From contig CAWIXS010000018.1 in assembly GCA_963840075.1 (NCBI GenBank), positions 126,425-190,424 of the forward strand: DNA of 64,000 bases, in the 5' to 3' direction. The translations under genes were made by a program, and so were the position numbers. This DNA comes from an uncultured Alphaproteobacteria bacterium. Its GTDB lineage: Bacteria > Pseudomonadota > Alphaproteobacteria > Rhizobiales > Hyphomicrobiaceae. The notes beneath the pieces were generated by a model. The model searched no databases, was not told where the DNA came from, and saw nothing but the letters and a program-made list of their open reading frames with translations. This document shows positions 42,237 through 52,063 of the stretch, piece by piece. Each line of letters starts with the position of its first letter. Within the stretch, counting starts at the first letter, position 1.

Positions 42237-42571
42237 TGGAGCCGCGCGCCGTGCGCCAGGAGGAGCCGCTGACGCCCGAGGAGCTGGAGCGCCTGCAGCG
42301 CCGCGAGCGCCAGGTGGCCCTGGTGCATGCGGCGGCTCTGGGCGCCGTTCTGCTGGCGATCCTGGCCGCCTACCGCTTCGGCGACTCGGCCTGGTTCCGG
42401 GGCCTGTTCGTCGCTGTCGTCGTCGTTTCCGCGGCGGCCGCCGCCGTCGTGCAGCTGTTGGAGAGGTGTCCGCGCTGCGGGGCGCGGCTGCACCGCAAGT
42501 TGCTGGTGGCTGCGCCGGAGGCATGCGCGGCGTGCGGCGTCCACCTCAGGCCCCCGCCGGCGGACGGATGA
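42236..42571 (+). CDS. small hypothetical membrane protein with C-terminal zinc-ribbon-like CxxC..CxxC
   Basis: The ATG at 42236 overlaps the NlpC/P60 stop by 1 nt. Hydrophobic stretch AAALGAVLLAILAAY..LFVAVVVVSAAAAAVV, then CPRCGARL......CAACG. Confidence 0.45.
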   Translation: MEPRAVRQEEPLTPEELERLQRRERQVALVHAAALGAVLLAILAAYRFGDSAWFRGLFVAVVVVSAAAAAVVQLLERCPRCGARLHRKLLVAAPEACAACGVHLRPPPADG

Positions 42572-42683
42572 CGTTGTGTCGGACCGTCGCTGACACTATC
42601 GTTGCATCTGGCACGAATGCATGGCTCGCAGGTCTCGCGGCGGCCGGCAGGTCCCGCGCGACCGGCAGGGGGAGGGTTCCACC

Positions 42684-43674
42684 ATGAAGCTGGACTGGCT
42701 CAGCAGGGCCGCCGCGATCGGCGCCCTGGCGATGACGCTCGCGGGCCTGCCCGCCGAGGCCCAGGAGTACCCGACGCGCAACGTCACCATCGTCGTGCCG
42801 CTGGCGGCCGGCAGCGGCATGGACGCCATCGTGCGCGTGTATGCGGAGGACCTCGCCAAGGCGCTCGGCAAGCCGGTGGTGGTGGAGAACCAGCCCGGCG
42901 CAGCGCTGATGCTGGCGGCGCAGAACGTGGCCCGCGCCGCGCCCGACGGCCACACCCTCGTCGTTGCCTCCGCGCCGGTGCTGGCGGTCAATCCGACGCT
43001 CTACAAGAAGGTGAACTACGACGCCGAGAAGGACTTCGCGCCGATCGCGCTCTACGCCAAGTCGCCGTTCGTCCTGATCGTCAACCCGGCCTTCGGCGCC
43101 AAGTCCATGCAGGACTACATCAAGAAGGCCCAGGACAGCGCCAATCCCCTCACCTACGCCACCACCGGGGCGGGAACGCTGCAGTTCCTGACGATGGAGG
43201 TCTTGAAGCGCGACCACAAGTTCAAGGCGAGCCACGTTGCCTACCGCAGCCCGCCGCAGATCGTGAACGACATCGTGGGCGGCCACATCGTCTCCTCGAT
43301 CTCGGAGACCGGCGCGGCGCTGTCGCTGATCCAGGAAGGCAAGATCGAGGCGCTCGGCATCACCGCGTCCGCGAGGCTCCCCGCTCTGCCGCAAGGTGCC
43401 CACCGTGGCCGAGGCGATGGGCATGCCCGGCTTCGAGGCCGTCTCCTGGCACGTGCTGCTGGCGCCGTCGAAGACCCCGCGGCCGGTCGTCGAGCGCCTG
43501 CACGCGGAGATGAAGCGCATCACCGGCAGTGCCGCGTTCCAGAAGCGCGTGAGCACGCTCGGCCTGATGCCGCTCGAGCCGCGCTCGATCGCGGAGATCG
43601 AGCGCTACATCAAGAGCGAGCGCGAGCGCTGGGGCGGCGTGGTGACCGAGCTCGGCCTCGCCCGCTCGCTGTGA
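42684..43674 (+). pseudogene. tripartite tricarboxylate transporter substrate-binding protein (TctC/Bug family), frame broken near 43395
   Basis: Signal peptide MKLDWLSRAAAIGALAMTLAGLPAEA, then YPTRNVTIVVPLAAGSGMD. It reads to ..ARLPALPQ, then VPTVAEAMGMPGFEAVSWHVLLAP.. continues in ORF 43396..43674 (extra g in caa-g-gtg). Confidence 0.88.
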
Positions 43675-43784
43675 TGGGGTCGACCCTGCGCCCCGGCGAA
43701 GGCCCTGCGGTATTCACACAAAGTCGCCCAGGGGGGCGTTGCCCCGCAAGAGGTTCCCCGGGCATCTGGTTGGCTCGGACGCCG

Positions 43785-43859
43785 CCGCAAGGACTCCTCC
43801 CCCCTCGGTCGCGTCGAAGGCATTCTGCCTTCGACACTGAGGGGGAGGAGTCCTTGCGG
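43785..43859. repeat. nested long hairpin (21-bp outer stem, 10-bp inner stem)
   Basis: ccgcaaggactcctcccccctc ggtcgc gtcgaaggca ttc tgccttcgac actga gagggggaggagtccttgcgg. Confidence 0.8.
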
Positions 43860-44079
43860 CTCGCTTCTTCATCTCCACCGAGCGTCGCAATCCACGTCTC
43901 CTTTCTTCTGGCGAGTCGGATGCGTGGATGCCGCAGGGCGCAGGCCGGGGGTGACCCCACGGCAATCGGAAGTCATTCGTCGCTTCGGGCGGCGAGGCGG
44001 ACCCGGTCGCAGCTTTGTGTCTCGCTGGACGAACGGGCCTCCAGCTAGAGTGCTCGCAATCCCGGCATCGAAAGATCGT

Positions 44080-45465
44080 ATGGCAGCCAACATGAGCGAC
44101 ATCTCCTTCGAGGCGGCACTCGACCAGCGCACCGCCGGCATGCTCGAGGCCTGCACCAGGTGCGGCAAGTGCGTCGAGGCCTGCCCGAGCGTGGCGCCGG
44201 CCGGCATCGCCGACGCCAACCCCAAGGACATCATCGCGGGCGTGCTCGACATCGTGCGGACCGGCGACGGCGCCCTGGCCTCGCGCACCTGGGCCGCCGT
44301 CCTGCACGGGCAGCGGCGACTGCATCGAGGCGTGCGACTACGGCGTCAATCCGCGCTTCCTGCTGGCGATGGCGCGCCTGGCCCTGGTCAGGGCCCAGAA
44401 GGCACCCGACGAGCGGCGCCGCGACGGGCTGCGGGTCTACCGGGGCGTCGGCCAGGACGTGGCCATGCTCTCGCGCCTGCAGCTCGACCAGGCGCTGCTG
44501 GAGCGGCTCGGACAGGGGCCGGCGTCGGTGCGCACGCCCGAGGAGCCGCCGGACTTCGTGTTCTACACCGGCTGCAACGTGCTCAAGACGCCGCACATCG
44601 CGCTCACCGCCCTCGACATCATGGATGCGCTCGGCATCAGCTACCAGGTGATGGGCGGGCCGAGCCACTGCTGCGGCATCATGCACTTGAGAGCCGGCGA
44701 CGCCGAGATCTCCGGGCGCATGGGGGCGAGCACCGTCGAGAAGCTGTCGCACTCGAGGTCGGGCCGGGTGCTCTCCTGGTGCCCGAGCTGCTATGTGCAG
44801 TTCACCGAGACCACGCTGCCGACGCTCGAGAAGCAGGGCGCCTCCCGCCCCTTCGAGATGACGCCGTTCATCCGCTTCCTGCGCGAGCGGCTCGATGAGC
44901 TCAGGCCGCATCTGCGCACGCCTGTCGAGATGCGCGTCGCGCTGCACGGCACCCGGGCGTCGCCGGCGTCATGGAGGCGGCGGCCGACCTCCTGCAGGCG
45001 GTTCCCGGCGTGGAGCTGGTCGACCTCGCGCAGCCCGCCGTCGGCCTGCAGTCCGTCTACCTCGCCGTCCTGCCGGCCTACCGGCGCGAGCTGCAGCTCG
45101 CCGAGCTGGAGGCGGCGCGCGCGGCGGGCATCGATGCGCTGGTGGCGGTCTATCATTCCGACCATCGCGAGCTGTGCGCCCACGAGCGCGACTGGCCGTT
45201 CCGCATCCTCAACATTCTCGATGTGGTCGGCGCCGGCATGGGGCTCGCCCGGCACGACCGCTACAAGGAGCTGGCGCTGATGCAGGATGCCGACCTGATC
45301 GTCGCCGACTGCGCCGACATGCTCGCCCGGCACGCCCTCGACGCCGAGGCCGCGCGCAAGGCCGTGGTCAAGGCGCTCGCCGACCAACCGCTGCCGCTCA
45401 AGGGGTCAGACCCCTCGCCTCCATCGCTGGCGGCCCAAGCTCCAACGTCTGCGCGAGGGGTCTGA
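44080..45465 (+). pseudogene. (Fe-S)-binding protein with CCG domains (heterodisulfide reductase D / GlpC-like), two frameshifts (about 44298 and about 44950)
   Basis: CTRCGKCVEACP, then after shift 1 SCTGSGDCIEACDYGVNP.. (second ferredoxin motif) and ..GGPSHCCG... After shift 2 (1-nt deletion, ggc-cac) comes HPGVAGVMEAAADLL..VYHSDHREL. The last about 20 codons run into a palindromic repeat. Confidence 0.8.
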
Positions 45466-45469
45466 CCCC
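45402..45469. repeat. family B-like inverted repeat with a 34-nt loop
   Basis: ggggtcagacccctcgc ... gcgaggggtctgacccc. It encodes the last about 20 codons and the stop of the Fe-S/CCG gene. Confidence 0.75.
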
Positions 45470-45525
45470 TTCGCCACCCCCTGCCGTCGGTGCAGCGGTG
45501 ACACGGCAATACCGGAGCATCAGAC

Positions 45526-45606
45526 GTAGGGCGGAATAGGCGTTAGCCGTATTCCGCCGATATTCGCGAGACACGGCGGATTGCGCTTCGCTAATCCGCC
45601 CTGCGG
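45526..45606. repeat. family D variant
   Basis: gtagggcggaataggcgttagccgtattccgcc...ggcggattgcgcttcgctaatccgccctgc. Confidence 0.75.
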
Positions 45607-45613
45607 CTACGAC

Positions 45614-46762
45614 CTACGGCCGGCCCACCGCCTCCTGAATGTTGCGGTGGTAGTGCGCGAGCGCCGGCTCGTTGCGGCCGAAGGTGGTGTGGGTCTGGGC
45701 GCCGGAGCCGAGCCCGCGCTGGATGTCGAGACAGACGGGGAAGTCCTCGTCGTCGACGGTGCGCATCAGGAGGTCCATGTTGCGCTCCCAGTGGCGCTTC
45801 GCCTTGTCGGTGACGGCCGGCTCGGGCGCGAGCAGGGCGGCCTCGGCAATGCATCTGTCGGTGGCGCCGCCGACCGGGAACGCGCGCCAGGTCTCCAGAT
45901 GGTCGCCCTGCCAGATCAGCAGCGCATTGGGAAACAGCGTGTAGATGATGACGCTGTGAGTGATCAGGTCCCAGCGGCTCTCCGGCTCCTTCGCGTTCTC
46001 CAGCAGGGAGCGGCGCGGAAGGGTGAGCCGGCCGTTGCGGCCGAAGGCGTCGAAGGCGTTGACGTTGGGCTGGAAGATCGACGCGATGGTGGCCTTGTGC
46101 AGGATCGGCACGTGCCAGGTTTCCAGGAAGGTGTCGATCACGAGCTTCCAGTTCATGTCCTTGGCGAGCGTCTGTGTCGTGAAGTGGCTGTAGCCGCCGA
46201 AGCCGTAGGAGGCGAGCTCCGGACCAAGCCCGCCCAGCAGCGCGTCGACGTCGATCTCGCCGCCGGGCGTCGCCTTGACGAAGACCAGGCCGTGCTTCTC
46301 CGCCACGGGCAGGGGCACGAGACTGCGCTCGGCGCAGGTGAGGCCCGGGAAGGCGGTCTCGGACTCGAGCCGCGTCAGCCGGCCGTCGAGGTCGTAGCTC
46401 CAGGCGTGATAGGGGCATACGAACAGGCGCTTGCCCGAGCCCGTACCGCCTGCAACCTTCGCGCCGCGATGCCGGCACACGTTGAGAAACGCCCCGAGCC
46501 TGCCGTCGCCGTTGCGGACCACCAGGATCGGCACGCCGGAGAGATCGTCGGCACGCCATGCGCCCGGGTTGGGCAGCTCGCAGGAGAGGCTGAAGAACTG
46601 CGGCTGGTCGCGGAAGAACCTCTGCTGCTCGCGCGCCGCCTGCTCGCGGCAGGTGTAGGTGGCGACGGGGTTGAGGAAGACCTCCTCGCCGAGCTCGGTG
46701 GTGCCGCGCTCGACGAAGTCGATGATCCTGCGGGTGAGGGCGACCTGGGTGGCGTGCTGCAT
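45614..46762 (-). CDS. aromatic ring-hydroxylating oxygenase alpha subunit (Rieske 2Fe-2S)
   Basis: 382 aa with the Rieske motif CRHRGAKV...CPYHAWSY and a C-terminal catalytic domain. Confidence 0.92.
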   Translation of the reverse strand: MQHATQVALTRRIIDFVERGTTELGEEVFLNPVATYTCREQAAREQQRFFRDQPQFFSLSCELPNPGAWRADDLSGVPILVVRNGDGRLGAFLNVCRHRGAKVAGGTGSGKRLFVCPYHAWSYDLDGRLTRLESETAFPGLTCAERSLVPLPVAEKHGLVFVKATPGGEIDVDALLGGLGPELASYGFGGYSHFTTQTLAKDMNWKLVIDTFLETWHVPILHKATIASIFQPNVNAFDAFGRNGRLTLPRRSLLENAKEPESRWDLITHSVIIYTLFPNALLIWQGDHLETWRAFPVGGATDRCIAEAALLAPEPAVTDKAKRHWERNMDLLMRTVDDEDFPVCLDIQRGLGSGAQTHTTFGRNEPALAHYHRNIQEAVGRP

Positions 46763-46787
46763 TGTTTCCTCGCTTCGAAATGCTTGC

Positions 46788-46912
46788 AGGTTGGGTTGGG
46801 CCGTAGGCCGTAGCTTGGCTTAGCGCGAAGCGCGTAACCCAACATGCCACATGGACGGCCGCTGGCGCTTGCCGACGTTGGGTTACGGCCCTTCGGGCCC
46901 AACCCAACCTAC
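46788..46912. repeat. family D-like element (GGTTGGGTTGGGCCGTAGG .. CCCAACCCAACCTAC)
   Basis: aggttgggttgggccgtaggccgtagcttggcttagcgcgaagcgcgtaacccaac ... gttgggttacggcccttcgggcccaacccaacctac. Confidence 0.75.
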
Positions 46913-46913
46913 G

Positions 46914-49310
46914 CTAACGCCGCCGACCCAGCAGGCCGACGAGGGCGCTGCGGAGGTTCTCCGGCGCGAGCGGCTGGAAGCTGAACACGACGCGGTGGCG
47001 GCCTTCGCTCACCTCCACGGCCCGGAACAGCACGTTGGCGCGCAGGAGCCGCGCGGGCTCTCCGTCCACCTCCACGATCCAGCCCGGATAGTAGAGATCG
47101 TGCAGCACCAGGACGCCCGCCTGGGCGCTGTCCACCTCCACCTCCACCCGGTCCGGCCGCCAGGAGACGATCTGCGCGTAGTTGCCCTCGCGGTTGGTGA
47201 GCATCGGCCACTGCTTGCGCGAGGGGGCCGTGTCGTCGTCGATCAGCGCGGTCTCGCTGGCGGGGTTGACCTGGAACAGCCCCGCTCGCACCTGGGCGTC
47301 CGCGTCCGCCACCACGATGCGGGTGATGAGCTTGACGCGCGGCTCGGGGTCGCTCAGCCGGTAGATCCATACCTTGGGCCCCGCCAGCACGACATCCGCC
47401 ACCGGCCTGCGCGCCAGATGCGGGACCTTCTCGATCGGCTGGCCGAGCACGACGAATTCGAGGCCGAGCTCGCGTGCCAAGGCACTGTCGTAGCCGTCGA
47501 AGGAGGTGGGAAACAGGCGCTGGTCGACGATGTGGGTGGTCTCGCCCGGCGCCACCAGGCGGTCGTAGCTGCCGATGCGCAGCGGGTTGTAGCCGTTGGT
47601 GGCTTCCAGCCCGCGCGTCATGGCGAGGTTCTGCCAGGACCCGGCCACGCCCACCACCTCGATGCGCGGGCGCTCGCCCTCCTTGCGGCGGGCGTCGATC
47701 TCCCGCTGCAGGAGGGCCAGGATCGCCGCGTCCTCGCCCCTGGGCTGCTCCAGCACCGAATAGTAGCCCGGCCCTTCGGCGTTGAGGCTCGAGGCGGCGT
47801 TCCACCATGCCAGCTCGCCGGCGGCGATCGCAGCGACGAGCCCGGCCGCAGTGGCCCGTGCCCGCATCGAGCCGGCCCAGGCGAGCGCCGCGATCACGGC
47901 GAGCACGATGGGGGCCACCTTGAGCACCTGCAGGAACGAGCTCCACCCGCGGTGCGAGCGCTCCGAGAACAGCACCGCCCAGGCGACGATGCCGAGCGCG
48001 CCCGCCGCCGTGAGGGCAAGGCGCCAGCGGGCGACCCGGGGCCGGCCTTCACGCACGTAGTCCGCCAGGAGGTGGCCGAGCATCAGCGCGATGAGCCCCA
48101 CGAGCACGAAGGCGCCGTCGATCGGCCGGCGGAACAGGCTGATGCCCGGCACGTACTGGAAGGCGAGGGCGTAGAGCGGCGTATAGCGGCCGAGCGTGTA
48201 GAGCAGCGCCACGATCAGGGCGCCGGCGAGCACCCGCCGCCCCTGCCGTACCAGCCCGCCGCCGGCGACGCCGAGCCAGAGCAGCACGACGGTGGCGGCG
48301 GCGCCGATGAAGAGGTAGTTGAACGAGCGGTCGGTGGCCCCGACCGCGGGCAGGGTGTCGTAGTTCGGCCCCCAGTAGGCGGCCGTGGTCTCGAGCGAGC
48401 CCATCACGTTGGCGACCGCCAGGGTGGCGAGGTTCGCAGGATAGAGCGAGGCCTCGAGCGCGCTCTCGAGCAGGATGGCGGGGCGGTTCGACAGGGCCGC
48501 GAACTGCACGGTGAGCAGCAGCGGCACCGCCACCAGCGCGGCGACCGTGAGCGCCATCGTTGCCAGCACCCAGCAGCGCTGCCGGAGCCACTCCAGCCGG
48601 CGCGGCGCGTCCACGATCTCGCCGGCGAGCACCGCCGCGAGCAGGAGGCACAGCATGAGCGCGATGTGGTTGCGGCCCAGCACCAGCACCGCCCCGACCA
48701 CGCCGAAGGCCGCCGCAATCAGGATCGAGCGGCGATCCAGAGCGAGCGACAGGAGCAGCATGGCGGGCGGCAGCATGGCATAGCTCAGGATGATCGCGGT
48801 GTGCTGCAGCCGCCCCGCGGCCGGCCCGCCGAGCATGAACACGGCGGCCGCCAGCACCGAGGCCGGCAGCGGCCATCCCGCGCGCCAGCCCATGGCGCCG
48901 ATGGCGAGCCCGCCCAGGAGTAGATGGGCGTAGACGATGAGGTCGAAGGTGCGCATCGACGGCGCGCCATCGAGGAAGGCCCAGGCGACGAAGGCCGGGG
49001 CGAAGATCAGCGACTGCGGATCGGCGATGCTCGGATGCCCGCCGTAGTGGTAGGGGTTCCAGAACGGCGTGTGGCCGGCGTGGATGGCCGAGGCGAGGAA
49101 GCGGAAGAAGGCGTAGAACTGGTTCTTGGCGTCCCAGGGCACAACCGTGTCGGTGACGATCCAGCGGCTCGCCGCGATCGCCCAGACGGCCGCGATCAGC
49201 AGCCCCGCGAGCAGCAGCGCACGAAGGCAGACGCGTGCCGATGCGCTTCTGGCGTCGGGCCGGGCAACAGGGAAACGGGCAATGGACAAAGTATGGGCCA
49301 CGCGTGCCAT
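46914..49310 (-). CDS. large polytopic membrane protein (YfhO/glycosyltransferase-C-like)
   Basis: About 800 aa with more than 10 hydrophobic helices, then a soluble C-terminal domain ending ..LYYPGWIVEVDGEPARLLRANVLFRAVEVSEGRHRVVFSF, as in YfhO-type proteins. The start is uncertain (ATG 49310 or TTG 49376). Confidence 0.75.
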   Translation of the reverse strand: MARVAHTLSIARFPVARPDARSASARVCLRALLLAGLLIAAVWAIAASRWIVTDTVVPWDAKNQFYAFFRFLASAIHAGHTPFWNPYHYGGHPSIADPQSLIFAPAFVAWAFLDGAPSMRTFDLIVYAHLLLGGLAIGAMGWRAGWPLPASVLAAAVFMLGGPAAGRLQHTAIILSYAMLPPAMLLLSLALDRRSILIAAAFGVVGAVLVLGRNHIALMLCLLLAAVLAGEIVDAPRRLEWLRQRCWVLATMALTVAALVAVPLLLTVQFAALSNRPAILLESALEASLYPANLATLAVANVMGSLETTAAYWGPNYDTLPAVGATDRSFNYLFIGAAATVVLLWLGVAGGGLVRQGRRVLAGALIVALLYTLGRYTPLYALAFQYVPGISLFRRPIDGAFVLVGLIALMLGHLLADYVREGRPRVARWRLALTAAGALGIVAWAVLFSERSHRGWSSFLQVLKVAPIVLAVIAALAWAGSMRARATAAGLVAAIAAGELAWWNAASSLNAEGPGYYSVLEQPRGEDAAILALLQREIDARRKEGERPRIEVVGVAGSWQNLAMTRGLEATNGYNPLRIGSYDRLVAPGETTHIVDQRLFPTSFDGYDSALARELGLEFVVLGQPIEKVPHLARRPVADVVLAGPKVWIYRLSDPEPRVKLITRIVVADADAQVRAGLFQVNPASETALIDDDTAPSRKQWPMLTNREGNYAQIVSWRPDRVEVEVDSAQAGVLVLHDLYYPGWIVEVDGEPARLLRANVLFRAVEVSEGRHRVVFSFQPLAPENLRSALVGLLGRRR

Positions 49311-49541
49311 CCAGACATGACGGAGGGCAGGCGGCGTGGTGACCACCCTCAGCTTACCGACTTCCCCGACCGGCAATGGTATTCGGTCCGCCGCGGAAGC
49401 TCAATCGGATCGGACCGGTGGCTTCGCAGGTGCAAAAAAGTGTCCAGAAAGCGATTGCCTGCGCCGACTCCGTGCACGTAGACTTCCCGTCCCGCACCGT
49501 CTGCTGTCGTTCGGCCGTTCTCAAGATCGGAGAAGCACGTC

Positions 49542-49751
49542 ATGGCAGAGAGCGTCTACAAGATCATCGAGATCGTCGGCACCAGTCCCACGTCGTGGGA
49601 GAAGGCCGCGTCCGCGGCGGTGGAGCGCGCGGCCGCCACCCTGCGCGATTTGCGCATAGCCGAGGTGGCCGAGCAGGACCTCATCATCACCGACGGCAAG
49701 GTCGAGGCCTACCGCGTGCGCCTCAAGCTCTCGTTCAAGTACGAGGATTGA
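49542..49751 (+). CDS. dodecin family flavin-binding protein
   Basis: 69 aa. SVYKIIEIVGTSPTSWEKAASAAVERAAATLRDLRIAEVAEQDLIITDGKVEAYRVRLKLSFKYE is a typical dodecin. Confidence 0.85.
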   Translation: MAESVYKIIEIVGTSPTSWEKAASAAVERAAATLRDLRIAEVAEQDLIITDGKVEAYRVRLKLSFKYED

Positions 49752-49753
49752 CC

Positions 49754-49903
49754 CACCCGTCATCCCGGTCGAAGCGGTGCGAGCGGCACGCGAGCGACGC
49801 TCCGAACCGGGACCTCGTGAGCGTTCGACTCGCTGATGGAGGTCCCGGACAGCCTCGCCCCTGGCCCTGCGGGCCGGAGCTCGGCTTCCGGGATGACCGG
49901 TGG
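49754..49903. repeat. family C MITE-like element, full copy
   Basis: cacccgtcatcccggtcgaagcggtgcgagc...ccgggacctcgtgagc...ggaggtcccggacagcc...gagctcggcttccgggatgaccggtgg. Confidence 0.85.
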
Positions 49904-49908
49904 ACGGC

Positions 49909-51003
49909 TCAGAACAGGATGACGCCGCGGGCGACTTGGCCGGAGGTCAGCAGCTTGAAGCCCTCGTTGATCTCGTCGAACTTGTAGGTGCGGCTGATCA
50001 GGGCATCCAACTCGATGCGCCGGTCCATGTCGAGATCGGCGAGCACGCCGAAGTCGACGGTCGGGCGGATCGAGCCGTAGTAGGTGCCCGTGAGCTTCTT
50101 CTCCGCATACACCATCTGGAACGGCGAGATCGCCGCGGTCACGTTGAACGCTGGGATGCCGACCAGCACGGCATGCCCGCCGGGCGCAATGGCATCGACG
50201 ACGAGCTTGGCCGTGATCTCGCCGCCGATGGCGTCGAAGGCATAGTCGACGCCGAGGCCGCCGGTCAGCCCGCGCACGCGCTCCAGCGCGTTCTCGGACT
50301 TGGCATTGACGGTGTGGGTGGCGCCGAACTCCCGGGCGTAGGCCAGCTTGTTGTCGAGCAGGTCGCAGCCGATGATCGTCCTGGCGCCGGCGAGCTTGGC
50401 GCCCTGCACCACGTTGAGGCCGACGCCGCCGCAGCCGACCACCAGCACGGTGGCGCCCGCCTCCACCTCGGCATGGCGGACCACCGCGCCGACGCCGGTC
50501 GCCACGCTGCAGCCGATGATGGCGGCGTGCGTCCAGGGCAGGTCCCGGCGGATCGTCACCACCTGCTCGGCCGGGCACACCACGTACTCGGAGAACGTGC
50601 CGATGCGCGCCATCTGGTTCACCGGCTCGCCGTTGAGCTTGATGCGGGCGCTGCCGTCGTGCATGCGCCAGCGCGGGGTGTCGTTGTGGCCGGAGCACAG
50701 CACGGTGCGCCCCCGCGAGCAGTAGCTGCAGCGTCCGCAGTGCGGCCGGAACGAGAAGATGACGTGGTCGTCCTTCTTGACGTTGGTGACACCGGGGCCC
50801 AGCTCCACCACGATGCCCGCCGCCTCGTGGCCGAGCACCATCGGCAGAGGCAGCGGCCAGTCGCCGTTCATGATGTGCCAGTCGCTCATGCACACGCCGG
50901 CGGCCTTCACCTCGACGCGCACCTCGCCCGCCTTGGGCCCCTCCTGCTCCAGGTCGAGGATCTCGAGCGGCTTGTTGACTTCGGTCAGAACGGCGGCACG
51001 CAT
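49909..51003 (-). CDS. zinc-dependent alcohol dehydrogenase family protein
   Basis: 364 aa. GVCMSDWH, GHEAAG, structural-zinc Cys CGRCSYCSRGRTVLC, and the NAD fold VLVVGCGGVG. Confidence 0.92.
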   Translation of the reverse strand: MRAAVLTEVNKPLEILDLEQEGPKAGEVRVEVKAAGVCMSDWHIMNGDWPLPLPMVLGHEAAGIVVELGPGVTNVKKDDHVIFSFRPHCGRCSYCSRGRTVLCSGHNDTPRWRMHDGSARIKLNGEPVNQMARIGTFSEYVVCPAEQVVTIRRDLPWTHAAIIGCSVATGVGAVVRHAEVEAGATVLVVGCGGVGLNVVQGAKLAGARTIIGCDLLDNKLAYAREFGATHTVNAKSENALERVRGLTGGLGVDYAFDAIGGEITAKLVVDAIAPGGHAVLVGIPAFNVTAAISPFQMVYAEKKLTGTYYGSIRPTVDFGVLADLDMDRRIELDALISRTYKFDEINEGFKLLTSGQVARGVILF

Positions 51004-51057
51004 GGGTCGTCTCCTCCAGTGGCGATGATTTCATGGGCGAGCCATTGGCACCAAGTC

Positions 51058-51249
51058 CTACAGCTCTACGTCGAAGCAGATGCGCGTCAGATCGATGCGG
51101 AACTCGACGGCTTCGAGATGCAGGATATCCCCCGAGCGCTTCAGGACCCCCTCCACCAGCTCGAACAGAGCGGTATCGGCCCGAGCCTCGACGAAGGCGT
51201 CGAAGGCCTCGATGGTGACAGGCTCGGGGCGGCGCAGGGCGCTCGGCAT
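51058..51249 (-). pseudogene. possible Uma2-family nuclease N-terminal remnant
   Basis: PEPVTIEAFDAFVEARADTALFELVEGVL parallels the N-terminus of the neighbouring intact Uma2 protein (KMTADEFLAWYEDLPKEAGKYELWDGEVV). The remainder does not match. Weak call. Confidence 0.3.
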
Positions 51250-51302
51250 GGGCTTTCTCCGGCGTGCCCCAGGTTAGCCGCGCCGGGCCCGCGTGTCATG
51301 CG

Positions 51303-51340
51303 CCCGTCATCCCGGAAGCCGAGCCGCAGGCGAGGGCCTA
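51303..51340. repeat. family C, left end only
   Basis: cccgtcatcccggaagccgagccgcaggcgagggccta abuts the Uma2 stop codon. Confidence 0.65.
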
Positions 51341-51919
51341 TCAGCCTGCGAGCACCTCGCCGAGGTCGACATCGAGGCCGGGCGGTTCGAGCCGGAGGCG
51401 AGGGCCGGTCACGATGCTCGTCTCGATGGCGTTGCCGGTTCCGCGCCGGTGGTGGATCAGCAGCGCCCGGTCGGGGTCGACGATCAGGTAGTGGCAGAGG
51501 CTGGGCAGGGTGAAGTAGCCCTGCAGCTTGACGCCATGGTCCCTCTGCTTGGTGCTCGGTGAGAGCACCTCGACGAGGATCAGCGGGTCGGGGACCTCCA
51601 GCACGCCGCGCGGCACCTTGGGGCCGCAGTAGACCAGTACGTCCGGCTGAGCGAGCTTGTTGCGAGAGAGCCGGACCATCGGGCCGTCGACGGCCATGAA
51701 GCAGGGCAGGCCGGCGCGCTTGATGGCGTCGTGCAGCGCCAGGCTCATGGCGCCCTTCGCCTCCCAGTGCTGCGAGAGCTCCTCGAAGCCCGCGGCAGGG
51801 GCGTGTCTGACCACCACCTCACCGTCCCAGAGCTCGTACTTGCCCGCCTCCTTGGGCAGGTCCTCGTACCAGGCCAGGAACTCATCGGCCGTCATCTTGT
51901 GTTTCGGCAGGTCGATCAT
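51341..51919 (-). CDS. Uma2 family (DUF820) endonuclease
   Basis: 192 aa. MTADEFLAWY..YELWDGEVV....QPDVLVYCG.....PLILVEVLSPSTKQRDHGVKLQGY is the PD-(D/E)xK core typical of Uma2. Confidence 0.85.
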   Translation of the reverse strand: MIDLPKHKMTADEFLAWYEDLPKEAGKYELWDGEVVVRHAPAAGFEELSQHWEAKGAMSLALHDAIKRAGLPCFMAVDGPMVRLSRNKLAQPDVLVYCGPKVPRGVLEVPDPLILVEVLSPSTKQRDHGVKLQGYFTLPSLCHYLIVDPDRALLIHHRRGTGNAIETSIVTGPRLRLEPPGLDVDLGEVLAG

Positions 51920-51969
51920 AACGACGGCATACCATGCGTATGCGGTGATGTAAAATGGTGTCCCAAGGT

Positions 51970-52063
51970 GGTGTCAGACCCTGCGGGTCTGACACCATGG
52001 CACCAGCGCCGGTCGAGAGATGGTGTCAGCCCCAACCTTCGCCGGGGCGGAGGGTCTGACACC
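51970..52063. repeat. two family B palindromes
   Basis: ggtgtcagaccctgcgggtctgacacc and ggtgtcagccccaaccttcgccggggcggagggtctgacacc. The second abuts the kptA stop. Confidence 0.85.
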
